Below, piece by piece: positions 9,332-19,544 of a stretch of DNA of 64,000 bases. Position 1 is the first letter of the stretch, and each line of letters starts with the position of its first letter. The position numbers and the translations under genes are program-made. The DNA comes from an uncultured virus (IMG/VR IMGVR_UViG_3300044557_000566) (Duplodnaviria > Heunggongvirae > Uroviricota > Caudoviricetes), in the IMG/VR virus record IMGVR_UViG_3300044557_000566; one strand, 5' to 3'. The notes under the pieces were generated by a model that saw only the letters and a list, made by a program, of their open reading frames with translations, was not told the DNA's origin and searched no databases.

Positions 9332-10636
9332 TCATTGCTGATCGAATGGACTATGGAATGTGTTCTTTTCTTCAAGGGGAGAGGAACTATCAGCATGCTC
9401 TTCTCGCTCGTATCCATCGTTCACATCTTCAGAAGTCGAATTGTCATCAGGGTGATCGACCTCTGGATCATCTGAAATTTCTTGAACGGTGTCAGTCACC
9501 GTGTCTTCAACTGGTAGAACATCATTGACTACGACGCTGCTCAGATCATTGTAGGGCACATGCTCTCCGGTAGTGAATAATCCAGTAAGATCAAGAACAT
9601 ACCTCTTCCTAGGAGCCCCGTACTGGGCGTCTACTTGACGCACGTAGTCTAGCAGTCTTTCCGAGGCAGCTTCTGAAATAGACGCCGAGGACTTACTGGT
9701 AACAGGCCGCTCGAATGCTGGAGCATAAGACACTGGTCTTGAGTCACGGACTTCAATGATCACAAGTGATGGCAGGGTCTGAGCAGCGAACGTGTTCTGC
9801 TTGCCAGACGGTACTGATTCGATGAATGATCTCAGAATGGAATCAATGGCCACGCGCTCATATTCTTTATCATCGGAGAGATTCTTCTCAAGTTGTGGGA
9901 GCCCAATGTTAGCGTACCGATAGAACGTGGCGGAATCATACTCGACATTACCAATCATGCCAGCACCAGCGTTAGCCTGATCATCATCATTCTTCTCATT
10001 GCTGAGGTCATCAACAGCGGTGAAGTAATCGAACTCAGTCTGCACGGAATCAACCCCTAGAGCATGAGCAACCTGAACGGCCGCGTCAACGTTGAGGTCA
10101 GTATCATCAGCAACCATGCGCCCGAATGCTGCGAGGTCAACAGAATTAGATCCGTTGAGCTTATCCTTCATCTCCTTCTTATCATCCTTGTTGAAGTCGG
10201 TAGATGTTGGATCAAATCTACCCAAAACCACGTCAATGACATCTCTCACCTGACGCTTGCTCACGAGGATAAGATACTGCGTGCGTTCAGGATGCTTAGC
10301 GTTGAATTTGAATCCTAACGCTTCCACAATATTCTTAGACAGGTCGAGGATTGCAGAGTCTCTATCTTCCCCGATCTTATCGGGAAATACGTTATCCCTT
10401 CCTGCGAGGTCCTCAATAACGAGTCTCTGAAGATTCCTCGTCCTCAAACCGTGAACAAGTTCAGCATTGTCTCTCAAACCAAGCCAATCCCTCATGGCCT
10501 TCTTCCACGATTGTGAGGACACCCTCGCCCTCCTCACACCCCCATAGATTGCGGTCTTTGGGGATCCAGTGTCGTCTCGATTAAGATTCGATGGGGGTAC
10601 GGTCTGTATCGCGTGAATATCAATGAATGTGCTCAT
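9332..10636 (-). CDS. cas7e: Cas7e (Cse4/CasC) with acidic C-terminal extension
   Basis: HAIQTVPPSNLNRDDTGSPK, RARVSSQSWK, FGRM.A, DYFTAVDD, PSGKQNTFA. Confidence 0.97.
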   Translation of the reverse strand: MSTFIDIHAIQTVPPSNLNRDDTGSPKTAIYGGVRRARVSSQSWKKAMRDWLGLRDNAELVHGLRTRNLQRLVIEDLAGRDNVFPDKIGEDRDSAILDLSKNIVEALGFKFNAKHPERTQYLILVSKRQVRDVIDVVLGRFDPTSTDFNKDDKKEMKDKLNGSNSVDLAAFGRMVADDTDLNVDAAVQVAHALGVDSVQTEFDYFTAVDDLSNEKNDDDQANAGAGMIGNVEYDSATFYRYANIGLPQLEKNLSDDKEYERVAIDSILRSFIESVPSGKQNTFAAQTLPSLVIIEVRDSRPVSYAPAFERPVTSKSSASISEAASERLLDYVRQVDAQYGAPRKRYVLDLTGLFTTGEHVPYNDLSSVVVNDVLPVEDTVTDTVQEISDDPEVDHPDDNSTSEDVNDGYEREEHADSSSPLEEKNTFHSPFDQQ

Positions 10637-11229
10637 TCTTGTTCTTCCTTTTCATTGTTGTTTGTTTGGGTTTCAGCTATTCTCTGGTTAGAATAGAAGT
10701 CTTTCATCCATCGTATGATCACGTTATCGGCATAATCATCGAATTGGAGTCGGTAAAGATCGTCAGTGAACCTTCCGTAATCAAATTTTGATGCCCCGTT
10801 GACCTTTGGTGCGAGCCGGTTGAGGAGGTATGATCGCTGACTGAATGTTGAAGATGCTGCAACCTTACGGATCATGGCGAGTCCATCATTATGGGAGTCT
10901 CCCTCAACAGTATTCTGATAATGGAGGAGCGCTTCACCGAATGGAATGTTCTCGTCATGTGGCCGAGGATCTTTATTAGACCACGCCATGGAGTAAATAT
11001 GGACGCCTAAGGCGACTGCTATCTCATCCCTCGTCACGAGGTTGCCTTTGGGTTCTTCCCATCCGATTGATGTGAGTGCATCAATGATTGGTATCCACTG
11101 TGAAACAGACGAGGACAGGTCCGACTCATCCATTTTTCTCCACTTCCCCACCTCAGCGCTATCGCCACCCTGAAGATGATATATGATTCTTTCTGCTGCA
11201 CGCCCGGCAGTTGTTCTTGCGTTACTCAT
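10633..11229 (-). CDS. cse2: Cas11/Cse2 small subunit
   Basis: Lies between cas8e and cas7; C-terminal DY..F..DL..LQ....V..RW..DFY motif. Confidence 0.85.
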   Translation of the reverse strand: MSNARTTAGRAAERIIYHLQGGDSAEVGKWRKMDESDLSSSVSQWIPIIDALTSIGWEEPKGNLVTRDEIAVALGVHIYSMAWSNKDPRPHDENIPFGEALLHYQNTVEGDSHNDGLAMIRKVAASSTFSQRSYLLNRLAPKVNGASKFDYGRFTDDLYRLQFDDYADNVIIRWMKDFYSNQRIAETQTNNNEKEEQE

Positions 11230-12836
11230 AGATTGTTCAACCCCTTACGCAGCCACATTGAAGCGGTTGCTATTGATTTCACATGATTCTCCTTGCCCAC
11301 GGTTACGCCAATGATTGCGGTTGTTGGGGCAAGATCGGCGTACTGATTAGACAGGTCAATAGTCTCCTTCTTTAGAATTCCCTTCCATGATTCCATAGGG
11401 TCTCTATCGTCATCATTGAAATTAGAAAGCCATTGATAGTATTTAGATTGCAGATGGGCATAGAAGACTCCGAATTGAGCTCCTCCTTCTTCTTTGGTGA
11501 GCCCCTCAGTGCGCCCGCTCGCGTAGGCAACGTCTCTGGTGAATCCCACGTATATCTTAGCGACCTTATCAGCTAGGGAAACAGCCTCAATAGCTGTTCT
11601 TGCTGATTGGGCGTCATCAAGGATCTTTGATGGCATTGGTATAGAATCATTGAGAATATCAGTAACAACTGAGGACATGCTAACATCATATCTTGTTGTT
11701 ACCGCGTTAGCGACTATCTTATCCGATGGAGAAAGAATTCTTTTCCGTATGAGTTCATGCTCCCATTCAAGTACCATTGGCCTCTTGTTGACAGCGCTAT
11801 TGTCATGATCATCGGCAAGAAGAGCTTGCATTCCACGCCATAGCGATCTCTCGGGAGTCCGTATTACCGGTTTCCATATCTTCAGGTCCTTATGATCGGG
11901 GTCATCTCTTAACGCCCATGAGCACATCTGTTCATACGATCTTCCATTCACCAAGTCAACAGAATCGCCGGCAGTAATAATACATTGGGTAACCTGATTA
12001 TTATTGCTCACTAGTTTTACTCTTCTAGAGGATACGGTAAGATTCTCAATAACTCCTTTAGGTCTAAGCTTATGATTCTTGTCTGCGCCACCTACCTTCA
12101 ATGGATCTTTCTCCCATATTGGTCGATCATTTGGACCACCTACAACCCGATCCGGCTCTAATTGCTGCAATTGTTCTGAGTCGATGGCAGGAGCGCATAG
12201 TAATAACGTCTTTTTAAGACTTGATCCTGTCGGTATGATCCCCGTCATTTGACTCAATTGAGCCAGGGTTGGATACACTCTCCCAACAGCCCCCTTAGTA
12301 GTTCCCTGTCGAGGATCTCCCACGCAGGCCACATGAGCTCCGCATGGATCATACCCAATAGATGATAGCAGGTAAATAGCTGCCTCATAATACTCAACAG
12401 ATTGCAGTGAGGATAATGTTCTAGTATAATAAACCGAAGTTGGCTTCACATCGGCTACTATCTTGTTTAGATTAAAATAATGCCCATCTTTTGTTCTGAG
12501 GTCAGCAGCCTGCATGAACGGTTGTATGGAATGGATAAGCCAGAACCTGTCATGCCACTTGTCAGCATATGCTCTTATCTGATCCTCGGGGAATCCCTCA
12601 TTCCAATAATCCTCCCAATTCTCCATTGTAAGATCAAGACTAGAGTACAGGAATGCTATCAAGAGTCTAAGAACTGCGAAATTCTCTGATGGAAGCTCGC
12701 AGTCAAGGCTCTTATAATTATTAGAATTCAGGATAGCATCAGTAATCGATACTCGTTCTGATTGATTGTCATTATTAATGACGGGTATCCAGGGTTCATC
12801 TAGCAGATTGAACTCAGGATTGACTTCATCGGTCAC
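11226..12836 (-). CDS. cas8e: Cas8e/Cse1 large subunit
   Basis: FNLLDEPWIPV N-terminus, RF.L....PFMQ, R.LWRG; operon position. Confidence 0.92.
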   Translation of the reverse strand: MTDEVNPEFNLLDEPWIPVINNDNQSERVSITDAILNSNNYKSLDCELPSENFAVLRLLIAFLYSSLDLTMENWEDYWNEGFPEDQIRAYADKWHDRFWLIHSIQPFMQAADLRTKDGHYFNLNKIVADVKPTSVYYTRTLSSLQSVEYYEAAIYLLSSIGYDPCGAHVACVGDPRQGTTKGAVGRVYPTLAQLSQMTGIIPTGSSLKKTLLLCAPAIDSEQLQQLEPDRVVGGPNDRPIWEKDPLKVGGADKNHKLRPKGVIENLTVSSRRVKLVSNNNQVTQCIITAGDSVDLVNGRSYEQMCSWALRDDPDHKDLKIWKPVIRTPERSLWRGMQALLADDHDNSAVNKRPMVLEWEHELIRKRILSPSDKIVANAVTTRYDVSMSSVVTDILNDSIPMPSKILDDAQSARTAIEAVSLADKVAKIYVGFTRDVAYASGRTEGLTKEEGGAQFGVFYAHLQSKYYQWLSNFNDDDRDPMESWKGILKKETIDLSNQYADLAPTTAIIGVTVGKENHVKSIATASMWLRKGLNNL

Positions 12837-15640
12837 TTAGACTCCTTCTTAGAATAATCTAAACCTATCGTCCTATCATAATAGATATCATAGCCCATCA
12901 ACTCGACGTGCCGATCCTCATCAAAGTATAGTACAAGCTCGCCGTTCAACGGGCATTTACTGCTCTGCCATGATTCTACGTAATTGTTTTCAAGCGCGTC
13001 TAAGGTCTTGTCAATATTCCATGGCTTTGATATTGGGCCGGGGATTCCAATCTTCTGGAGGAGAAGATCTTGAGCATCGTGATAATCCGGAGTGTTAGTC
13101 ATATTCAATAGCTCATTACCATACAACGTGCTCACAGAACCATCCTCATGTTTCATGAGGGAGATCGCGTCTAACCCTGACTCAGAGTCCCTAACGGCTG
13201 CGCGGGCCGCCTTATCCTTATTATTGCTCATAAGCTTGTCATTGGAAGCCATCATAGTTCGGCTAGACCACGGGCCCCTAAGAAGGTACGCTCTTGCCTT
13301 ATTCTGTTCGGTGGCCACGTCGTCAGTGAGTTTCTTATCAGCCTCCTCTAAGGGACCAGACCAGGAGTCGGGCGCTATTAATGATGGAGAATCAGATTCC
13401 GCGACAAGTTCTGGAATGTCGTCGGGAATATGTAGAGTGGTTCTACCTAGTAGCACGGCTTGAGCTCGAATGAGTTTTGATGCTGAATAAATCATGGAAT
13501 GAATCTTGTCAGCATACGGGGGATTCTCCTCGTCTGTTGACCATCCTCTAATGTAAAGAACGGGATTCTTAACCTTATCTGGTCGTGTTCTTCCGGAATG
13601 ACGATGGAGTCTTCCCGACCTTTGAAGAATGAGATCAATGGGAGCAAGATCTGTTATCATTACGTCAAAGTCAATATCAAGACTCTGTTCTATAACCTGT
13701 GTGGCAATCACGACGAGACGCTTCGGACGATCGCCATGCTTTCCCAGTTTACTGACCACCTCGTCTTCTATTTTCTTACGATCAAGAGGCATGAATCTTG
13801 AATGGAATAAGATTACCTCATCTTGCTTCCATCCATTATCTAGAAAGCGTCTGTACTCCTCCTGTGCTTCGCGTACAGTGTTGTGAATAATAGCACCGCA
13901 CCCACCGTCTGATAGGAGGTTGCTCATCATGTTGAATGGAGCGTTAAGATCGTCAAATGGAAGAGGTTTGATGGCAATGTCAGCATGGCGTGAATCTTGA
14001 TTCGGGTGAAGGATCTTCAATCCATCAGAGTTATAGGTTGATATGATCGGATAATCTCTCGTATTATCAGTAATAGTGATATTATTATTATCTTTGCTCA
14101 TCCCCCGTGCATATGCTGTTACCAGTGCGGATCTTCTACTTGGGCTCAGGGTGGCGCTCATGAGGATGACCGGGCAGTGGAGCGCGGCCAGCCATTCAAG
14201 CGCTCTCTCCATGTAGACTTCCATGTAATCATCTGAAGAGTGGACTTCATCTACAATGACGATCTTACCGGCTAATCCAGCATGGCGAAGCATGACGTGC
14301 TTTTGCTGAAGCGCAGCCATTAGGATCTGGTCAATAGTACTAACCACGAAACTCGACAGTATTCCCTGCTTACTTCCACTGAACCAGTCTGGAGATCTTA
14401 TAGAGTCCTTCTCACCGTATGTTCTTATATTCCACTCATTCTTCCTCATCTCCTGGACATCACTGTTAAGACTCGCCTGTCCGTGGAGGAGTCGAAGAGA
14501 CTCCTCACCATTAGTCGCCTTCTCAATCCAAGTCTTCAATCGCGTGAAGATTCCATTGGCCGTAGCTTGCGTGGGAAGCGCAAAGACGAGTCCCCCAGAC
14601 CCACGTTTCCTTGCAATTCGTTCTGCTGCCAGCAACGCGGTTTCAGTCTTACCAATGCCCATTGGAGCCTCAATGATCATGAGACCAGCATCGTTATGCT
14701 CGGCATAATCTAGTGCTGACTCTTGAAGATTGTTAATGATAGCGTTCTTGGGAACATCGAACCTGTCATGGAATAGAGTGTTGTGGTCAGCATTCTCGAA
14801 GGGGTTATTCAGTGTAATAGTCCATGGAGATGGCAGTGCAAGATCAGCCCATGCGTTTAACAGCCGCTCGTCCTCATCTGTCAATGACCTGCCATTCATA
14901 GACAAATGAAAGAGATTTTGGTTAGAAGCCATCCAGTCAGCAACGATGACCATTCCCGTAAGCACGGATTGTACCCCCAGCGGAATCTCCTTGACTCCCC
15001 TGAATAGATCATCGGGTGTGGTATCACCGATGATGTCATTCCATCTTTCGTCTAGGATGTTAGTCCTTGCCTTCACCCATTGATCCTTATTACCGTATGC
15101 CTTAAGACCCTCACTCCTGGTAATGCCCTCAAGGATATCTCCCTCAACGTTCAGAGTGTTCTCAGCCCATACTCCATGATGTCCGCCAATAACAGTCGCC
15201 AGATCGGTAGCAATCCTACCGTTTACCTTATGATCTAGCAGCCATTGATCCATAGCGATGTACCCGGTGCTCTCATGTCTGCAGCACTTGTTCTTCGCGT
15301 CTTCAGGTATGCGATCATGAATAGCGTACTCGACCCGCTCAACGAGATCGGGTCTAGTTGATCTCACCTGTCCCTCGAATCCAGGGGAACATTTGCCGAC
15401 ATCGTGGATGCCGGCAAGGAACACGTAGATCTTTCTTGCCGTCTCGTCATTCACGAGATATGATGATAGGAATGTTCTCAATTGTCTAGGCCAGAACCTA
15501 TTCCAAAGAATGTCGGCCATACCTGCTGTATCTTCAAGATGCTGCGTGAGGCTCAGCCATGTCACGTCATCTGTACGTTGCCCGTCTTTACCGAATTGAG
15601 ACGCCGTCTTAGCCCATACGCTATCTGATACAGAACTCAT
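12833..15640 (-). CDS. cas3: Cas3 HD nuclease-helicase
   Basis: WAK, HLED, HDVGK, HHG, ADW (HD domain); EAPMGIGKT, DEVH, SAT, QRSGRLHRH (SF2 helicase). Confidence 0.97.
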   Translation of the reverse strand: MSSVSDSVWAKTASQFGKDGQRTDDVTWLSLTQHLEDTAGMADILWNRFWPRQLRTFLSSYLVNDETARKIYVFLAGIHDVGKCSPGFEGQVRSTRPDLVERVEYAIHDRIPEDAKNKCCRHESTGYIAMDQWLLDHKVNGRIATDLATVIGGHHGVWAENTLNVEGDILEGITRSEGLKAYGNKDQWVKARTNILDERWNDIIGDTTPDDLFRGVKEIPLGVQSVLTGMVIVADWMASNQNLFHLSMNGRSLTDEDERLLNAWADLALPSPWTITLNNPFENADHNTLFHDRFDVPKNAIINNLQESALDYAEHNDAGLMIIEAPMGIGKTETALLAAERIARKRGSGGLVFALPTQATANGIFTRLKTWIEKATNGEESLRLLHGQASLNSDVQEMRKNEWNIRTYGEKDSIRSPDWFSGSKQGILSSFVVSTIDQILMAALQQKHVMLRHAGLAGKIVIVDEVHSSDDYMEVYMERALEWLAALHCPVILMSATLSPSRRSALVTAYARGMSKDNNNITITDNTRDYPIISTYNSDGLKILHPNQDSRHADIAIKPLPFDDLNAPFNMMSNLLSDGGCGAIIHNTVREAQEEYRRFLDNGWKQDEVILFHSRFMPLDRKKIEDEVVSKLGKHGDRPKRLVVIATQVIEQSLDIDFDVMITDLAPIDLILQRSGRLHRHSGRTRPDKVKNPVLYIRGWSTDEENPPYADKIHSMIYSASKLIRAQAVLLGRTTLHIPDDIPELVAESDSPSLIAPDSWSGPLEEADKKLTDDVATEQNKARAYLLRGPWSSRTMMASNDKLMSNNKDKAARAAVRDSESGLDAISLMKHEDGSVSTLYGNELLNMTNTPDYHDAQDLLLQKIGIPGPISKPWNIDKTLDALENNYVESWQSSKCPLNGELVLYFDEDRHVELMGYDIYYDRTIGLDYSKKESK

Positions 15641-16140
15641 GATATTATCCGCGTTGTAGTCATGCTGCTTATTTTACCAAGCCTCCACTGAACAATCTTA
15701 AGAATATTGCCACCCTGTTCTCTTATAACGTCAAGACCTGAACTAGAGTTTAAATCAAAACTAGGCCAAGGATACGAATCTAATCTTCCTATTATGGGGA
15801 AGCGGATTTTCTTGATGGTTAAGTAGTCATAAACACGAGCAATTGATTTATGTGAGTTCTCATCAATAATGATAGACGTGTAAGTCTTCTTCCTAGATAA
15901 TGATAATTGATCTTTATTAAGGACATCCTTGCAGATATCTTGAATAATATGTAGACATTGCTCGGCCAGATCATCACGATCAATAGACTTCACATTAGTC
16001 TCATTCCTGTAGTCGGCATTCTCATCAATATTTGAATCAGGCTTGTCATCTTCTTCCTCATCTAATTCATCTGGTGGGAAGAATGCTACCGAATTGAGCC
16101 CATAAAAATGATCAAGCAAACTCTTTATTACAAACTTCAA
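15637..16140 (-). CDS. C-terminal half of an HsdR_N-domain (COG4748-like) protein; overlaps the cas3 start
   Basis: TYTSIIIDENSHKSIARVY resembles the SYF.ILLDDNNRKPICRLY motif recalled for this family; 4-nt overlap with cas3. Confidence 0.55.
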   Translation of the reverse strand: MKFVIKSLLDHFYGLNSVAFFPPDELDEEEDDKPDSNIDENADYRNETNVKSIDRDDLAEQCLHIIQDICKDVLNKDQLSLSRKKTYTSIIIDENSHKSIARVYDYLTIKKIRFPIIGRLDSYPWPSFDLNSSSGLDVIREQGGNILKIVQWRLGKISSMTTTRIIS

Positions 16141-16784
16141 TTCCCATGTAGGTATTTCATATCCAACTCGTTTTTAATAATTGCCATGAACTCGTCAGAC
16201 GGGTTGTCCATTTCACTGAACAAAGCGTTTTGAACTGATTCTTGCATGTAGATAGAAGGTCGACTTTCTTCAATGAAGCGTTTTACGTTCTGAATATCAA
16301 AATGGTCTTTACGTATCGCATTCAATACCGAATAGGTTGATTCGTCTGGGTCTAGAAGATCAACAATGAACATGTGATTATCATCTATTTTCCCTTTACG
16401 ATTTATATAGAATTTCCATTCAAACCCGTTCGTTATAATAACGATAGAATTGGATTTGGAGTTATCTAACTCCTTATAAATTGAATCAACGTTGAACATG
16501 TGTCTTGATATTAAAATCTCAATAATTGGATTATTGGTATCCTTATCTCGGATTAAATAGCCATCAATCATTGGGTGTTGTTCAGTGCTGACGCGCTCAA
16601 GATCCGTCTTATCTTCATTTTGATTTGGAATTGAGTATCCTAGGACATCATGTATGAATGGAAGCACTAAAACGTCTTCAATAGCCTTTAATGTGAATAA
16701 AGAATCCTTCCATTCTTTAGCGATAAGACCCATTCTTGTAATGCAACTTGGTGTTGGCTCGATTGTATTGCCCTGGTAAGACAT
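16137..16784 (-). CDS. N-terminal half of an HsdR_N-domain (COG4748-like) restriction-fold protein, catalytically degenerate
   Basis: VLPFI..VLGY, IITNG.EWKFY and NPSDEF motifs; the expected E-x-K is not seen. Confidence 0.6.
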   Translation of the reverse strand: MSYQGNTIEPTPSCITRMGLIAKEWKDSLFTLKAIEDVLVLPFIHDVLGYSIPNQNEDKTDLERVSTEQHPMIDGYLIRDKDTNNPIIEILISRHMFNVDSIYKELDNSKSNSIVIITNGFEWKFYINRKGKIDDNHMFIVDLLDPDESTYSVLNAIRKDHFDIQNVKRFIEESRPSIYMQESVQNALFSEMDNPSDEFMAIIKNELDMKYLHGN

Positions 16785-16976
16785 AGCATTTCCTTTTTAG
16801 AAAAATTCTTATATATTGTAAGGATATATGGATTTGCTTAAGATTCCTGTCTTATTGCGAGAAGATTTTTTAATTTCTATAGTTTACGGATACTCCCTCG
16901 CGTTAGAACTTGTATAGAAATGATATATTTACATTGGCCAAATCATTAATAGATATATCCTTACAAGAAGGTCCGA

Positions 16977-17876
16977 ATGGTTTCTATCAAACGTTTCTTA
17001 CATAATCTGGTTAAGTCTCCCACTGTATATGATCTTATCGTCAATACGAAGATGGACTCCATACAAGACAGCCAGATAGAACGTCTCCAAGGAATACATA
17101 AGAACGTGCAGGGCCCGGATGGATCTGTCAATAATCATAGTATGATTCCTAATTCTGAAGTTGGCGTAACGTCACAGAACAATGTAATGAATGGCCCAAT
17201 TTCCTATAAGATACTTGTCTATGAAGCGAGACCGCTTAGCGGCATGATGATAGGGCAAGAGTTCATAGCTGACATTATAAGGAAGCCCGTGTTCATGAGA
17301 AGCTCATTGACTGGTAGTACTTGGTCTGCTTCTCAGAATGGAGGAATGGCCATAGGATACAATGGTATTCCTATAGGTGCTACGTTCAATGATGATCTTA
17401 TCAATTTTTTGAATTATTATCGTGCTACTAGAATCATGGCTAAGATGGTCGGTTGGTATGATGAGGAGAATGGAATACCAGAGATTAGAATACAAGCTCC
17501 ATCTTCTCGGTTCAGTGAGTATGATCAAATAACATCTGGAATGATGCATGTTGATCTATATGAAGCTAAAGACATGATGATTATAGGTTTCGCCTATTAC
17601 AAGCCTATACCAATATTAGAATCACTGACTAATAGCAATCATTACGCTAGAATTAATGTGAATATCATATACCTTCCGAATAAGTTGGGATCTAAAGCAA
17701 AGCCAACATTATCTATTCAATATGATGGTGGTGAGCTTATGAGATTCACAGCTCGAAGCGGTAAATACAAAGAACTAGGCGAGCATACTGGACCACATAT
17801 CATGCTTGTACAAAGGAATGGGGGATCTCCGAATAGGCCCGAGGGATTCTTCTATCGTGTCGTAATACTGAAATAG
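16977..17876 (+). CDS. Hypothetical protein (AT-rich, divergent from the cas operon)
   Basis: 299-aa ORF with AAGAAGG RBS; no confident family. Confidence 0.75.
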   Translation: MVSIKRFLHNLVKSPTVYDLIVNTKMDSIQDSQIERLQGIHKNVQGPDGSVNNHSMIPNSEVGVTSQNNVMNGPISYKILVYEARPLSGMMIGQEFIADIIRKPVFMRSSLTGSTWSASQNGGMAIGYNGIPIGATFNDDLINFLNYYRATRIMAKMVGWYDEENGIPEIRIQAPSSRFSEYDQITSGMMHVDLYEAKDMMIIGFAYYKPIPILESLTNSNHYARINVNIIYLPNKLGSKAKPTLSIQYDGGELMRFTARSGKYKELGEHTGPHIMLVQRNGGSPNRPEGFFYRVVILK

Positions 17877-17928
17877 AGTTGGAAACCCTCACACTTCTCT
17901 TTATGGAAAATCACGCTTTTATAGGTGC

Positions 17929-18021
17929 TTAGATTGCGTTCTAACGCCCCTGTGACCCCGGTGAGAAAAAAACACGTGCCGTACAAGATCGAGCGTCTAA
18001 GGCGTCATAGAACACGTCTGA
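17929..18021. repeat. 93-bp dispersed element, copy 2 (inverted relative to copy 1)
   Basis: TTAGATTGCGTTCTAAC...CCCCGGTGAG...AAAAACACGT...GGCGTCATAGAACACGTCT matches the reverse complement of 4529-4621. Confidence 0.9.
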
Positions 18022-18130
18022 TGACATTTATAGATTGAATCCACGTTTTTATTCTGTAATCTTCCTATTTTTTATAAACCCCACCCAGATATCCTAATAG
18101 TATGTTGAAACAACTATCTGGAGGTCAGCA

Positions 18131-18418
18131 ATGAATCTACGATCGATTAATCGTTATTATTGTGAAAAAATAATTAGCGAGGAAGGAGCTGATACCGTTC
18201 AGATCATCATCGCTATCGTGGTCTTCGTGATCTTTGGACTCACCGTTTTCGGAATGGTTACTAACACTGCTGGCATAAAGGCTTCACAGATAGCAAACTG
18301 TGTTACTAATTATGAACAGGCAGAGCGTTGGTGGGAGGACAATGATTACACGAGCGTGGATAGATGTCATGATGGATACGCTGGTACGCCTCCACCTCAC
18401 GTTTCGTATAATGATTAG
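18131..18418 (+). CDS. Flp/type IVb pilin-like small protein
   Basis: Short leader ending EEG|ADTVQ followed by a hydrophobic helix; GGAGG RBS; near CpaE/CpaB-like genes. Confidence 0.55.
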   Translation: MNLRSINRYYCEKIISEEGADTVQIIIAIVVFVIFGLTVFGMVTNTAGIKASQIANCVTNYEQAERWWEDNDYTSVDRCHDGYAGTPPPHVSYND

Positions 18419-18427
18419 AAGAACGGG

Positions 18428-18461
18428 GAGGGGCACGCCAAACGCGCATGACGTGCCCCTC
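18428..18461. terminator. Hairpin between convergent genes
   Basis: GAGGGGCACG / CGTGCCCCTC inverted repeat. Confidence 0.55.
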
Positions 18462-18492
18462 GTTAAAGATATGAATTCTAATGAATATTCAA

Positions 18493-19422
18493 CTACATCT
18501 TGAATGCTTTCATGTTGATGAGACCATCCCTGCGGTTATATGGCTTCACGCAGGTGACCGCGACCTGCGCTATCAGAGACGGGTCGATGAACGCTATCTC
18601 CCCGGGTGATTCCATCCCACCCGTACTCTGATCGTAACCGGCCTGCTCCGCGTACTTCTGGTCAAACCATTGCTTCCATCTTGACTCCTCGAGGAGGAAC
18701 CAGTAATGTTTCCACCAGTTCCTGTTACGGAATACCGTCGTTGACCATTCCTTCGTCTTGGGATCTGGTTCGTCTTCATTATCAATGAAGACAGCCCCAA
18801 CGACCTCAGCATCATCAGAATCAAGGTAATCATACCACATCTTAGTAGCCGCGTCGCTATGGACCTTTCCACCTGGGAATGGCTTACCATTCCTGAGTAC
18901 GGATCCATTATCAGCAACCGTGTACTTTCCCTTCTTCTTCCAATTCTTCGTGTCAATCACATAGACGTGTGACCCGATGATGAGGATGTGGTCAGTATCC
19001 CCACCCTCAACAAGTCCAGTCTCCTCGTCAACGGTCTCCTCACCGTGACCAGGAATATGGATGGAATCAATGAGAACAGCAGCGGGCTTGTCCTTCATCC
19101 ATTCGAGAAGACGTCTAGTGGTGCGATTCTCCGCCTCCACGGCCACGTCAAGCACTTCTGGTTTCCATCCCTCTGGGAGCTTCCCCTTCATTTGTGGTGA
19201 CTTCATCCATGTGAGGGATGCTGCTGACACGCCGAAGTGCCGTTTCCCGGCGATGAGGGCCTTGCGGACTATCTCACCCTGCTTGTCATTCACGTGAGCG
19301 CAGTGGCGGAAGGGTTTGATCCTGATCTTACGCCAGTCCTGCGGAGGTGTCGGGGGGAACTCCGGCTTGTCATCTCCCTCATTACTGTCACTGATAGTAG
19401 CGTCATTATTGTTGTCAGACAT
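18493..19422 (-). CDS. NERD-domain (PD-(D/E)xK) nuclease-like protein
   Basis: GDTDHILII...VYVIDTKNWK motif. Confidence 0.8.
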   Translation of the reverse strand: MSDNNNDATISDSNEGDDKPEFPPTPPQDWRKIRIKPFRHCAHVNDKQGEIVRKALIAGKRHFGVSAASLTWMKSPQMKGKLPEGWKPEVLDVAVEAENRTTRRLLEWMKDKPAAVLIDSIHIPGHGEETVDEETGLVEGGDTDHILIIGSHVYVIDTKNWKKKGKYTVADNGSVLRNGKPFPGGKVHSDAATKMWYDYLDSDDAEVVGAVFIDNEDEPDPKTKEWSTTVFRNRNWWKHYWFLLEESRWKQWFDQKYAEQAGYDQSTGGMESPGEIAFIDPSLIAQVAVTCVKPYNRRDGLINMKAFKM

Positions 19423-19544
19423 TAGATCAAGCTTCCTTTAATTGATATATGGCCCAGTCTAATTGTTCTTAACGGGGTCATCATGCTCAGGGCGATCACG
19501 TTACGTGCTATCTGCAGAAAGACGTTTATTTGACGTGAACGCGA

